A DNA stretch of 63,866 nt, filler included, from a bacterium (GTDB lineage Bacteria > JBBIVP01), in NCBI GenBank assembly GCA_037439705.1. It is 6 parts of 6 records of this genome, joined end to end, with 100 filler letters (N's around TTAATTAATTAA, not from the genome) between each part and the next. Parts side by side here need not be neighbours in the genome. Positions count along the whole stretch, not along the records: positions 23,004 to 34,154 come from JBBIVP010000054.1; positions 34,255 to 45,355 come from JBBIVP010000055.1; 4 more parts are not named here. One strand, given 5' to 3'. Position 1 is the stretch's first letter. Every line of letters begins with the position of its first letter. The notes under the pieces were generated by a model, which had not been told where the DNA came from, did not search any database, and saw only the letters and a program-made list of their open reading frames with translations. Below are positions 29,754 through 39,381 of this stretch, in pieces. Made by a program: the position numbers and the translations under genes.

Positions 29754-32354
29754 ATGTCAAAGGAGAACCAGAAAAAACTCTTTGAGGACATATCAGACTT
29801 TACTCCCGCGATGAAACAGTATCTTGAAATAAAATCCCGATACAAAGACTGTATTCTCTTCTTCAGAATGGGCGATTTCTATGAAATGTTTTTTGAGGAT
29901 GCAATAACTGCATCTAAAATTCTTGGAATAGTTCTGACCACAAGAGACAGAAGAAGCGAAAACCAGATTCCCCTATGTGGAGTCCCATATCATTCAGCAA
30001 AACCCTACATAGAAAAACTCCTGAAAAATGGATTCAAAGTCGCAATATGTGAGCAGGTTGAAGACCCGAAACTTGCAAAGGGAATTGTGAAAAGGGAAGT
30101 GATAAGGGTTCTGACACCCGGACTTCCTGTTGAAATAGATTTTGTAGAAACCACAGAAAATACCTACATTTCAGCAGTGGTTAAAATAAATGAAAAGTGG
30201 GGATTCTCTTACCTTGACATAACCACAGGAGAGATGAGAGCAGGCGAAGCCGACAATTTTGAATCGTTTTTAAACATTATGAAAAACATCTCACCCCGAG
30301 AAATTCTTGTGGATTCAAACGAAATAAAGGAGATTTTAAAAAATCAAATTGAATGCACATGGACTTTATCAGATGCACCGGCCCCATCTCCGCCCCTTGC
30401 AAAAAAACTTATAGAAGAATTTTTCAAGGTGAAATCCCTTCACGGATTTGGAATAGAAAATCTCAGGGAAGGGCTCTCTTCAGCATGGTTACTTCTTGAA
30501 TATGTAAAAAAGACCCAGGGAGAGAACATAGGGCACATCTCAGCAATCAAACCTCACCTTTCAGGAGAATTTATGATACTTGATGCGGAAACGCTGAGAG
30601 GTCTTGAAATTTTCTCATCAGCAGGTGGAGAAAAGAAAGGCAGTTTAATAAACCTCCTTGACAGGACAAACACTCCGATGGGAGCGAGGAAATTAAGGGA
30701 ATGGTTGAGATATCCCTTAAAAGATGTGGAAGAAATAAAAAATAGGCTATCTCAGGTTGAAAGCCTCATTTCCGAAAAAATTTTAAAGGAAATGTCTGAT
30801 GTCCTGAAAAAAGTTGGAGATATTGAAAGAATAGTTTCAAGAATTTCAATGAAACTCATAACCCCGCAGGAACTGGAGGGACTTGTAAAAGCGAATGAAA
30901 TAACCAGAAACCTTAAAGAAATAATTGAAAATTACAATCTGCTCTATCTTCCGAGACTGGACGCATTATCCGCTTTTGAAGAATTCAGTGAAACAATAAA
31001 GAAATACATAAAGCCCTCCCCTTCCAATTCAATTGGAGAGGGAGATGTGATTGGGGAAGGAATATCAGAAGAACTTGATTATTTTAGAAAACTTCTTAAA
31101 GACACAAAAACTGCTATTGCCCAGATGGAAAGGGAAGAAAGAATGAAAACGGGCATCCCATCATTGAAAATCGGTTATAACAAGGTTTTCGGATATTACA
31201 TTGAAGTAACCAAACCACACCTTCATCTTGTTCCAAAGGATTATATAAGAAAACAGACCCTCGTAAATGCTGAAAGGTTTGTGAACGAAAAACTGAAGAC
31301 ATTTGAGGAACAGATTCTTTCTGCAGAGGAAAAGGTCAAAGAAATAGAAACAAAAATCTTCAACGAACTCCTTGAAACCCTTATGAGATATGTTCCGGCG
31401 ATAAAAGAACTTTCACAGGAAATCGCAGTCATTGACTGCCTGTTTTCCCTTGCAGAGGTTGCCCATAAATACAAATATGTAAAGCCTGAACTAAATAATG
31501 GAGATATTATTGAAATAAAGGATGGAAGACATCCTGTAGTGGAAGCAGAAATGAAGGGAGAATTTGTGCCAAATGACATATACCTTGACAGGGATCAGAA
31601 CATGCTTCTGATAATCACGGGACCAAATATGGCAGGAAAATCTACCTACCTCAGGCAGGTTGCCATAACAGTCATAATGGCTCAGATGGGCTCATTCGTG
31701 CCAGCAAGTTATGCAAGAATAGGGATTGTTGACAGAATATTCACAAGAATAGGTGCTGCGGATGACATAACGAGGGGTAGAAGTACATTCCTTGTTGAAA
31801 TGAATGAAACAGCGAACATTCTTCACAATGCCACTGAAAGGAGTCTCATAATTCTTGACGAAGTTGGAAGGGGAACAAGCACATTTGACGGAATAAGTAT
31901 AGCGTGGGCGGTATGCGAATACATCTTAAAAAAGATTAAAGCAAGGACGCTCTTTGCCACACATTATCACGAACTGACAGAACTTGAAAAGGAATATCCT
32001 CAGGTTAAGAACTTCCAGTTCCTTGTGAAAGAATGGAACGGGCAGGTAATTTTTCTGAGAAAGGTGGCAAGGGGAGCATCAAGTGTAAGTTATGGAATAG
32101 AAGTGGCAAATATAGCAGGACTTCCTGCGGAGGTAATCAAAAGGGCAAAAGAAATCCTTGTAAAATTTGAATCAATGGAAATAGAGGGAAAACTTCCATT
32201 TAAAAGACAGGAACCCCAGATTTCCCTCTTTGGTCCTACATTTGACCCTCTCAGAGAAGCGCTCAAGTCAATAAACATAGCAGTGATCACTCCGATGGAG
32301 GCTATAAACAAACTATATGAACTCAAAAAGATGGTGGAATCCGAAGAAAAATGA
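29754..32354 (+). CDS. mutS: DNA mismatch repair protein MutS
   Basis: FFRMGDFYEMF, CGVPYH, GPNMAGKST, STFLVEM, DEVGRGTST, FATHYHEL, SYGIEVA, clamp motif QISLF. Confidence 0.98.
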   Translation: MSKENQKKLFEDISDFTPAMKQYLEIKSRYKDCILFFRMGDFYEMFFEDAITASKILGIVLTTRDRRSENQIPLCGVPYHSAKPYIEKLLKNGFKVAICEQVEDPKLAKGIVKREVIRVLTPGLPVEIDFVETTENTYISAVVKINEKWGFSYLDITTGEMRAGEADNFESFLNIMKNISPREILVDSNEIKEILKNQIECTWTLSDAPAPSPPLAKKLIEEFFKVKSLHGFGIENLREGLSSAWLLLEYVKKTQGENIGHISAIKPHLSGEFMILDAETLRGLEIFSSAGGEKKGSLINLLDRTNTPMGARKLREWLRYPLKDVEEIKNRLSQVESLISEKILKEMSDVLKKVGDIERIVSRISMKLITPQELEGLVKANEITRNLKEIIENYNLLYLPRLDALSAFEEFSETIKKYIKPSPSNSIGEGDVIGEGISEELDYFRKLLKDTKTAIAQMEREERMKTGIPSLKIGYNKVFGYYIEVTKPHLHLVPKDYIRKQTLVNAERFVNEKLKTFEEQILSAEEKVKEIETKIFNELLETLMRYVPAIKELSQEIAVIDCLFSLAEVAHKYKYVKPELNNGDIIEIKDGRHPVVEAEMKGEFVPNDIYLDRDQNMLLIITGPNMAGKSTYLRQVAITVIMAQMGSFVPASYARIGIVDRIFTRIGAADDITRGRSTFLVEMNETANILHNATERSLIILDEVGRGTSTFDGISIAWAVCEYILKKIKARTLFATHYHELTELEKEYPQVKNFQFLVKEWNGQVIFLRKVARGASSVSYGIEVANIAGLPAEVIKRAKEILVKFESMEIEGKLPFKRQEPQISLFGPTFDPLREALKSINIAVITPMEAINKLYELKKMVESEEK

Positions 32355-33010
32355 ATTCCATAAATGCCATAATTTTTTTTGCAATAACAACCGGATTTCT
32401 TAAATTTTTAGACCTATCCGGAATTTCCATTCTCAGAGAGCTACTTCCAGTTTTTGCAGCAGTGATGTTCCTTTACATTCCCACAATTTATTCATCAAGA
32501 AAAAGGGACAAGAAATTGATTGAGATAATAAAAATAAAGAATTTAAAAAGTAACATAATTTTCTCCGTCTATATATCCCTTGCCATATTTCCTCTTTATA
32601 CAATTGGATTTTACATCTTTCATTCCATGATCCTCGGGAAAAAATTTCTTCTCCACTTTCCAGGCGATTCACCAGGAAATTTAATATCAATGATTTTATT
32701 TCATATATTCATCGCCGGACTTCCCGAGGAAACCTTTTACAGAGGATTTGTTCAGGAATTGTTCAACAGGGATTTTGGGAAAAAATGGAAACTATTTGGA
32801 ATTCAATTTGGACCATCAATTTTTTTAACAAGTTTTTTATTCGCCATCGGACATTACATCATAATTCCCCATCCCTTTCGTCTTGCGGTATTTTTCCCTT
32901 CACTTCTTTTTGGTCTGATGAAAGAAAAAACTCAGAACATCACCTTACCATTTCTCTTTCACGCAATTGCAAATATATATTCAGGAATACTTGAGGGGAT
33001 GTTTGTTTGA
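32351..33010 (+). CDS. CPBP/Rce1-type glutamic intramembrane protease, myxosortase-like
   Basis: GLPEETFYRG, LFAIGH, HPFRLAVFFPSLLFG, FHAIAN. Confidence 0.8.
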   Translation: MNSINAIIFFAITTGFLKFLDLSGISILRELLPVFAAVMFLYIPTIYSSRKRDKKLIEIIKIKNLKSNIIFSVYISLAIFPLYTIGFYIFHSMILGKKFLLHFPGDSPGNLISMILFHIFIAGLPEETFYRGFVQELFNRDFGKKWKLFGIQFGPSIFLTSFLFAIGHYIIIPHPFRLAVFFPSLLFGLMKEKTQNITLPFLFHAIANIYSGILEGMFV

Positions 33011-33081
33011 ATGGAAAGTAGTTTACTGTCGCTTCAAATGAAATTGGGAGTTAGGAATCAGAAAGAATTTTGCATTGCTCC

Positions 33082-33612
33082 TCACTCCCCCTTTTCTTCT
33101 TTCAAAAGCTTTTCAACTCCCCTGCAGACCTTTACCAGATTTGGCTTTATAAGGGCAAAAATAAATTTCTCAATCTGTGGAACAACTATCCTTCTTAATA
33201 ACTTCGGAATGGATGGATAATTTGAAAGGTCAAGGTTAAATTCTCCGCTCAGAATTATCTTTGTCTTTCCGCCCTCATCCACAAACCTGTTCACACCGCT
33301 TGCCTTTACATATTCTTTGAAAAAAACTGGCTCAAACTCCCATTCCACAGTGTAATTTGAATCATCCCATACCGCCCTGTCAATCCAGGTTATCTCCTCC
33401 GCTTTTAGATAGGGCTGAACAATTTTCGGAACAGTATATTTTCCATACCATCTGTTAACAAAATATGTCTTTTTCCCTTTTTTCTCCTTCTTCTCCACAA
33501 CAATTTTCTTCACATTCGGGATAAATCTAACAAGGTCCGGAAGTCTATCCATGTAAGTTTTGTAAACATCCTCAATATCAAAATCCACATACTCAAACAA
33601 CTCAAACTTCAT
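33082..33612 (-). CDS. START/SRPBCC-like hypothetical protein (DUF2505-like)
   Basis: L..LVRFIPNV, WIDRAVWD....VEW pattern; SD GGAGG. Confidence 0.55.
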   Translation of the reverse strand: MKFELFEYVDFDIEDVYKTYMDRLPDLVRFIPNVKKIVVEKKEKKGKKTYFVNRWYGKYTVPKIVQPYLKAEEITWIDRAVWDDSNYTVEWEFEPVFFKEYVKASGVNRFVDEGGKTKIILSGEFNLDLSNYPSIPKLLRRIVVPQIEKFIFALIKPNLVKVCRGVEKLLKEEKGE

Positions 33613-34099
33613 CTTCCATACCTCCTTCTTTGTAATCTTCTAAAAACAAATTCATTCCCCTTCTTACCGCTTCAACAAAATCTTCCTCCTCCACATCCAG
33701 TTGTTCCAGAAACTTTTTACCTACTGAACGGAGGAAATTTTGAAGGGATTGAATGTCCGGTGAAATTTTCAGGACTTTTTCAAGGAGGTAGAGGACAATT
33801 TCCATGGGTTCCTCTCTTTCCTTTTCTCTCTCATGATGGGTTATGGCATTGATTATTCTTTCGTTTACCCCTTCGTTCCTCAAAATCTCAGAGGATATAA
33901 TCCCGTGATATTCATAATTCAATACAGCCTGCGGAAGGTCTATATCATGAAGCATTCCGCATATTTCCCACTCATCAGGTTCTTCATCAAGAAGTAATGC
34001 TATTTCCCGCATTATGTAACCCATCATCAAAGAATGTCTCAAAAGGCTTCTGCTTCTTACCAGTGCCTTTAAAAGTAGTCTTGCATCTATAATATCCAT
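33602..34099 (-). CDS. HD (HDIG) domain protein
   Basis: RHSL..G..M, GMLHDID, HG, AITHH. Confidence 0.75.
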   Translation of the reverse strand: MDIIDARLLLKALVRSRSLLRHSLMMGYIMREIALLLDEEPDEWEICGMLHDIDLPQAVLNYEYHGIISSEILRNEGVNERIINAITHHEREKEREEPMEIVLYLLEKVLKISPDIQSLQNFLRSVGKKFLEQLDVEEEDFVEAVRRGMNLFLEDYKEGGMEDEV

Positions 34100-34154
34100 T
34101 TTAGAATTTAAAAGGTGATGGAGAAAAAGACAGGATGAAAATAATAAGTGCTAT

Positions 34155-34254
34155 NNNNNNNNNNNNNNNNNNNNNNNNNNNNNNNNNNNNNNNNNNNNTT
34201 AATTAATTAANNNNNNNNNNNNNNNNNNNNNNNNNNNNNNNNNNNNNNNNNNNN
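34155..34254. other. Artificial contig spacer
   Basis: N44-TTAATTAATTAA-N44. Confidence 0.99.
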
Positions 34255-34619
34255 CGTACATACTATCAGGACTCTTGACATCATCCGGAGACACACTTCC
34301 CGCCCCGACAACCGGAATGCTCATCTCCGCGCCCCGACACCGAGGCGGGCGCAAAAGCGCAGGAACCCGCCGGCAAGAAGTAATGAGAAAATTCGGCATC
34401 CTTCTGGGACTCGCTTTTCAGATTATAGATGACATAAAAGACCACCTATCCGGAGAAAAAAGGGAAAATGAGCCATCCTTCATTGAGGTATTCGGAATGG
34501 AACGCTCAAAGGAAATGGTTCTTGAATTTCTTAAAAAAGGAGAAGAACTGATAAGCAGGTTCAAGAACAGAAATTCCCTCATCACCATAATTGAGTTTTT
34601 GAGAAATGAAGGAGTATAA
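34255..34619 (+). CDS. ispA: Polyprenyl synthetase (IspA-like) C-terminal fragment at a low-quality contig start
   Basis: TGMLISA and FGILLGLAFQIIDDIKD (second aspartate-rich motif); typical position upstream of dxs. Confidence 0.7.
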
Positions 34620-36486
34620 GTACAGGATTCTTGAGCGTATAAACTCTCCATCTGACCTGAAATCCCTTTCATTGGATGAACTGAATCTTCTCGCCAGTGA
34701 ATTGAGGGATTTTATCGTTGATGTAATATCAAAAAATGGTGGACATCTTGCTCCAAGCCTTGGCGTGGTTGAACTCACAATTGCCCTTTGCTCGGCGCTT
34801 GACCTTCCTGAGGACAAGGTTATATGGGATGTTGGTCATCAAAGTTATGCTTACAAAATCCTTACTGGAAGAAAAGAAGAGTTCAAAAGCATAAGGAGAT
34901 ATGGGGGAATAAGCGGATTTCCGAGACCCGATGAGAGCGAATACGATTTTTTTGGAACGGGGCACAGCAGTACAAGCATTTCAGCGGCACTCGGCATTCA
35001 TGAGGCTTTAAGGAAGGACAAAAAACCCGGAAAAATATTTGCAGTAATAGGGGATGGTGCTATAGGAGCAGGAATTGCCTTTGAAGCCCTCAATTATGCA
35101 GGTGGAGCAAGAAAGGACATCGTGGTGATTCTTAACGATAACGAATTTTCCATCTCTCCAACCGTGGGCGCCCTTTCATCCTTTCTCGGCAAAAAGATGG
35201 TTGGACCCGGTTTTACCGCTTTCAGGACATTTGTAAAGAAACTCCTCGGCAAAATTCCGGTAATTGGCAGTTCCCTCGTAAAGATAGTGAAGAAAATAGA
35301 AGAGGGAATGATTTCCCTATTCACCCCCGGAATTCTCTTTGAAGGACTTGGCTTTCATTATGTAGGTCCAATTAATGGACACAGCATAAAACACATGATT
35401 TCCATATTTAAAAATGTGAAACAATGGGACAGACCGGTTCTCATCCACATACTTACAAAAAAAGGAAAGGGGTATCCACCGGCAGAGAAAGAGCCGGAGA
35501 TATTTCACGGTGTCCCGCCTTTTGACAAAGAAACAGGAAAAATTCCTGAAAAGGGAAAATCCTTCTCAACCCTCTTCGGAGAGGTTCTTGTGAAACTTGC
35601 TGAAGAGGATGAAAGGATTGTAGCGATAACCGCAGCAATGAAAAAGGGAACAGGGCTTGAAATTTTTTCAGAAAAATTCCCGGATAGATTTTACGATGTA
35701 GGAATAGCAGAACCACATGCTGTGACATTTGCCGCGGGTATGGCTTCAAGGGGACTTAAACCGGTTGTTGCCATTTATTCCACATTTCTTCAGAGGGCAT
35801 ACGACCAGATAATCCACGATGTAGCCCTTCAGAACCTTCATGTGGTTTTTGCAATAGACAGAGCGGGAATTGTCGGTGAAGACGGTCCAACCCACCACGG
35901 CCTCTTTGACCTTTCATATTTGAGAACAATTCCAAAAATGAAAATAATGGCTCCATCCGATGGTGATGAACTCGCTGATATGCTTTTCACTGCATTGAAA
36001 TTCTGCGAGGGTCATGTTGCAATAAGATATCCGAGGGGATATGTGGAGAAAGAGCCTGAAAGGGAACCAATGGCTTTACCGATTGGAAAATGGAAAACAT
36101 TATATGAAGGTGGGAAAGACCTTCTCATAATAGCAACGGGAAGGTGTGTGAAGGATGCTTTGAAGGCAGGAATCATCCTTAAAGAGGAAGGAATTGGTTC
36201 AACAGTTGTAAATGCCCTTTTTGTAAAACCGATGGACGAGGAATTTTTTGATAGAATAAAGGAATTCAGGGCTGTTTTAACAGTTGAAGAAAATGTCGTT
36301 GAGGGAGGATTTGGCTCAGGATTTCTGAAATCAATGGTGGAGAAGGGAATACTCATTCCAGTTTTTATTCTTGGAATTCCGGATGGGTTTATTCCGCACG
36401 GTTCAATTGAAATTCTTAAAAGAATTTATAAAATTGACGCTCAGGGTATAAAGGAGGTGGCGTTAAATTTCTTTAAAAATCTATGA
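34606..36486 (+). CDS. dxs: 1-deoxy-D-xylulose-5-phosphate synthase
   Basis: GGHLAPSLG, WDVGHQ, GHSSTSIS, GDGA, NDNE, TAAM..GTG, GIAE.HA, YSTFLQRAYDQ, DGPTHHG, IRYPRG. Confidence 0.97.
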   Translation: MKEYKYRILERINSPSDLKSLSLDELNLLASELRDFIVDVISKNGGHLAPSLGVVELTIALCSALDLPEDKVIWDVGHQSYAYKILTGRKEEFKSIRRYGGISGFPRPDESEYDFFGTGHSSTSISAALGIHEALRKDKKPGKIFAVIGDGAIGAGIAFEALNYAGGARKDIVVILNDNEFSISPTVGALSSFLGKKMVGPGFTAFRTFVKKLLGKIPVIGSSLVKIVKKIEEGMISLFTPGILFEGLGFHYVGPINGHSIKHMISIFKNVKQWDRPVLIHILTKKGKGYPPAEKEPEIFHGVPPFDKETGKIPEKGKSFSTLFGEVLVKLAEEDERIVAITAAMKKGTGLEIFSEKFPDRFYDVGIAEPHAVTFAAGMASRGLKPVVAIYSTFLQRAYDQIIHDVALQNLHVVFAIDRAGIVGEDGPTHHGLFDLSYLRTIPKMKIMAPSDGDELADMLFTALKFCEGHVAIRYPRGYVEKEPEREPMALPIGKWKTLYEGGKDLLIIATGRCVKDALKAGIILKEEGIGSTVVNALFVKPMDEEFFDRIKEFRAVLTVEENVVEGGFGSGFLKSMVEKGILIPVFILGIPDGFIPHGSIEILKRIYKIDAQGIKEVALNFFKNL

Positions 36487-37139
36487 AACTTATATATTTT
36501 GAAGAAAACGAAACCATTGATGTCCTTGAGGACAAAAAACTGAAGATGATTCAGCCAAAAAAGGGATACAGGTTTAATGAGGATTCAGTTATTCTTGCCA
36601 ATTTTGTTGAGGAAAAGGAGGGAGATGAAATCATAGATATAGGAAGTGGTAGCGGAATAATAGCAATTCAGATTGCTTTGAGGAGAAAGGCGAAAAGGAT
36701 TGTATGCATTGAAATACAGGAGAGACTTGCTAATTGTGCTCAGAGAAATGTTATTATAAACTCAGTTGATGATATCGTTGAGGTTATACAAGGAGATGCA
36801 AGAAGAATAGAAAAATTCCTTCCTCCCGAATCCTTTGATATAGCGGTTTCCAATCCACCGTACATAAGAAGGGGAACAGGAAGAATAAGCAGTTCAATAG
36901 AAAGGACAATAGGAAGATATGAAGATTTTCTTTCCCTTCCGGACCTGCTTCATTGCGCAAGGTATTTGTTAAGAAAAAATGGACTTCTTTATGTCGTATA
37001 TCCGATGAAAAGATTCAAGGAGCTTTTCACGCTTTCAACCCATTTTAAACTTACCCCTCTTTTTGTCAAACACATTTACAGAAAGCCTCAAGATGAACAC
37101 AACATCATAATTTTTAAAGCAAAAAAGTCCTCCTCATAA
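36483..37139 (+). CDS. tRNA1(Val) adenine37-N6-methyltransferase-like (YfiC/YabB)
   Basis: QPKKGYRFNEDSVILA, DIGSGSG, IEIQ, SNPPY. Confidence 0.82.
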   Translation: MKLIYFEENETIDVLEDKKLKMIQPKKGYRFNEDSVILANFVEEKEGDEIIDIGSGSGIIAIQIALRRKAKRIVCIEIQERLANCAQRNVIINSVDDIVEVIQGDARRIEKFLPPESFDIAVSNPPYIRRGTGRISSSIERTIGRYEDFLSLPDLLHCARYLLRKNGLLYVVYPMKRFKELFTLSTHFKLTPLFVKHIYRKPQDEHNIIIFKAKKSSS

Positions 37140-38147
37140 CTTTTTTCCCATAGGAATTTCATAACCGCAGAAGGGACAACGATTTGAGGTTTTCAGTAAA
37201 TTCTCCAGAATTTGAAACCCGTACCTTTTTATCAATACTTCACCACATCCCGGACAATATGTGGATTCATATATGTGACCCGGAATGTTCCCAACATAGA
37301 TGAATTTCAATCCGCTCTCTTTACCCGTTTCATAAGCCCTTTCAATCTCTTCAACAGGAGTTGGAGGAACATTCCCGAATTCAAATGCAGGGTAGAATCT
37401 TGTTATATGCCATGGCACATCTTCACCTAATTCATTTCTTATTCTATCTGCAATCTCCTTTATATCTTTTCTGGAATTGTTAACCCCTGGAATAAGGAGG
37501 GTCGTAAGTTCAATCCATATCCCCAATTTTTTTGCCTCCACCGCATTCCTCCACACCTTTTTTCCATCTGCTCCGCAAAATTTTTTTAAAACCCAATCGC
37601 TTCCCTTTATGTCAATGTTCATCGCATCAAGCCCTGCTGAACGAAGCATTCTCAATGCATTGAGCGTCATATATCCGTTTGTCACATAGGTGTTGTAATA
37701 TCCATATTTTTTGGTTTTCTCAAAGAGTTCCAGGGAAAATTCAAAGAGAAGAGTAGGCTCGTTGAAGGAAATGCTTGTCCCTTTACAGTTCCTTAGTGTC
37801 CTCATCATCTCTATCAATTCTGTTGAAGAATACTTTTCTCCCCTTCCTATGAATTCAGGAAATTTGCTTATCTCATAGTTCTGACACCACGGACAGGTGA
37901 AGTTACACGACCATGTTCCAATGGTAATGGCGAAACTTCCAGGATAGAAATGAAAAAGGGGCTTTTTCTCAATGGGATTCAGACTTATTGAAGAAATTTC
38001 TCCATATACAAGTGTCCAGAGCTTCCCATCCTTAACCATTCTTGTAGAACAAAAACCTCTTTTTCCTTCAGGGATCAAACAGACTCTCTCACAGGTAAGA
38101 CACAGAATTTTATCTCCCCTTTTTTCATAAAGAATTGCCTCTTTCAC
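37134..38147 (-). CDS. amrS: AmmeMemoRadiSam system radical SAM enzyme
   Basis: N-terminal CxxC..C....G.C, PIEKKPLFHFYPG, CNFTCPWCQN, NEPT, WHITRFYP, C-terminal CPGC/CPFC. Confidence 0.92.
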   Translation of the reverse strand: MKEAILYEKRGDKILCLTCERVCLIPEGKRGFCSTRMVKDGKLWTLVYGEISSISLNPIEKKPLFHFYPGSFAITIGTWSCNFTCPWCQNYEISKFPEFIGRGEKYSSTELIEMMRTLRNCKGTSISFNEPTLLFEFSLELFEKTKKYGYYNTYVTNGYMTLNALRMLRSAGLDAMNIDIKGSDWVLKKFCGADGKKVWRNAVEAKKLGIWIELTTLLIPGVNNSRKDIKEIADRIRNELGEDVPWHITRFYPAFEFGNVPPTPVEEIERAYETGKESGLKFIYVGNIPGHIYESTYCPGCGEVLIKRYGFQILENLLKTSNRCPFCGYEIPMGKKL

Positions 38148-39187
38148 ACCAAGAACAAGACTATAAAATATGCTATTAATAAAATAGCTCCAATTCCAAA
38201 TGCATCCTTAGCCCACTTCCTGCTTTTTATTCCCAACTTTCCAGCGGATATAATGTTCGGTATGTTTCCAGGAATGAGTAAACCTCCTGAAACTATTAGC
38301 CCCATGAGCAATGCCTTTATCTGAATTATTTTCATATACGGAGATATCTCCGCAGCAGTAAGTGTTGCGTTATCAAGAATAGCAGATATGAGGTTTACCC
38401 AGTAAAGGACAGGTGCTGAAACCTTTGATATGTACTCGTCAACAACCGGTTTGAATCCCTCAGCCAGAAAAACCAATCCCATAATGAACACATAAACCTT
38501 TATTGCCCTTATTATGATGTCCTTTAACTCTTCCTGATACTTCTCTTTCAGTGTGAGAATCCTCGCTGCTGAAGCGTGGATAAATCCCGCATATACCGAG
38601 ATGGCAAGAATTCCAGGAACTATGTATATTCCAAGATGCCTTAAAAGGAAGAAGAAATCCGCATGATATGGCTCTCCTCTCAGTTTTGAAACTGCAATTG
38701 TTGAAAGCGGTTCCCCAACAGGAGTCAATGCTGCACCGAGACCTATACTGTAGCACGCTATAACCGTCAATTTCCTTTCAAAATCCCTGTGAAGTTTCAA
38801 CGCACTTATTACTTCTACGAGGATGATGGATGCTATTATAGCACTGATGATGCTTGAAAGAAGCCCGAGACCCGCTACAAGAAGTGTGGCAAAGAGCCTT
38901 GGACCAATTTTTTCCTCAAAGTTAACCAAAAAACCGGTGATTTTCTCTCTGTATTTCCTGAAGAGCCATCCTGATATTAAAACTGCGAGGGTTATCTTTA
39001 AAGGTTCCTCCATTGCTTTCAGAAAGGTATGATGCGAAACCTCTATTTTTTTGAAATAAAACGATGAAAGAAGGGAGAGAAGACCCATGAAGAAAAGAAA
39101 GATCTCAAGGTTTTCTTCTATCTTTTTTATGAAGAAGGGAAGAAAGAGGACAAGAAGAATTATTATTATAAGTGGAAAAAGATACAT
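38144..39187 (-). CDS. DUF1646-family membrane protein (putative cation transporter)
   Basis: IEENLE.FLF, IGLGAALTPVGEPLSTI, SAILDNATLTAAEI, GGLLIPGNIPNII. Confidence 0.85.
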   Translation of the reverse strand: MYLFPLIIIILLVLFLPFFIKKIEENLEIFLFFMGLLSLLSSFYFKKIEVSHHTFLKAMEEPLKITLAVLISGWLFRKYREKITGFLVNFEEKIGPRLFATLLVAGLGLLSSIISAIIASIILVEVISALKLHRDFERKLTVIACYSIGLGAALTPVGEPLSTIAVSKLRGEPYHADFFFLLRHLGIYIVPGILAISVYAGFIHASAARILTLKEKYQEELKDIIIRAIKVYVFIMGLVFLAEGFKPVVDEYISKVSAPVLYWVNLISAILDNATLTAAEISPYMKIIQIKALLMGLIVSGGLLIPGNIPNIISAGKLGIKSRKWAKDAFGIGAILLIAYFIVLFLV

Positions 39188-39297
39188 AGGAGAATTTTAT
39201 AAATCAAAAAAATTTTTGCAAGCGTTCGGCGTTTCACAAATAAATTTTAAATGCGGCTGTTTGCTTTTCAGGAATTTTTTTGTATAATGGAATAACA

Positions 39298-39370
39298 CGG
39301 GGCGTAGCGCAGCTGGGAGCGCGCTCGGTTTGGGACCGAGAGGTCGGCCGTTCAAATCGGCTCGCCCCGA
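39298..39370 (+). tRNA. tRNA-Pro (TGG), no encoded CCA
   Basis: CGGGGCG/CGCCCCG-A, anticodon arm CTCGG-TTTGGGA-CCGAG, T-loop TTCAAAT. Confidence 0.96.
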
Positions 39371-39381
39371 TTAATTCATTT

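Noticed and set aside
34101..34154. Possible C-terminus of a membrane protein (IALIIFILSFSPSPFKF*) at a contig end
   Set aside because: Only 17 codons are visible; cannot be assigned
34255..34380. GC-rich patch as possible foreign DNA or structured RNA
   Set aside because: At a contig start and still carries corrupted IspA residues (TGMLISA); most likely low-quality consensus
39280..39381. Apparent CDS/tRNA overlap in the ORF track
   Set aside because: The N-terminal extension is read-through of tRNA-Pro; the real start is ATG 39382 or 39409
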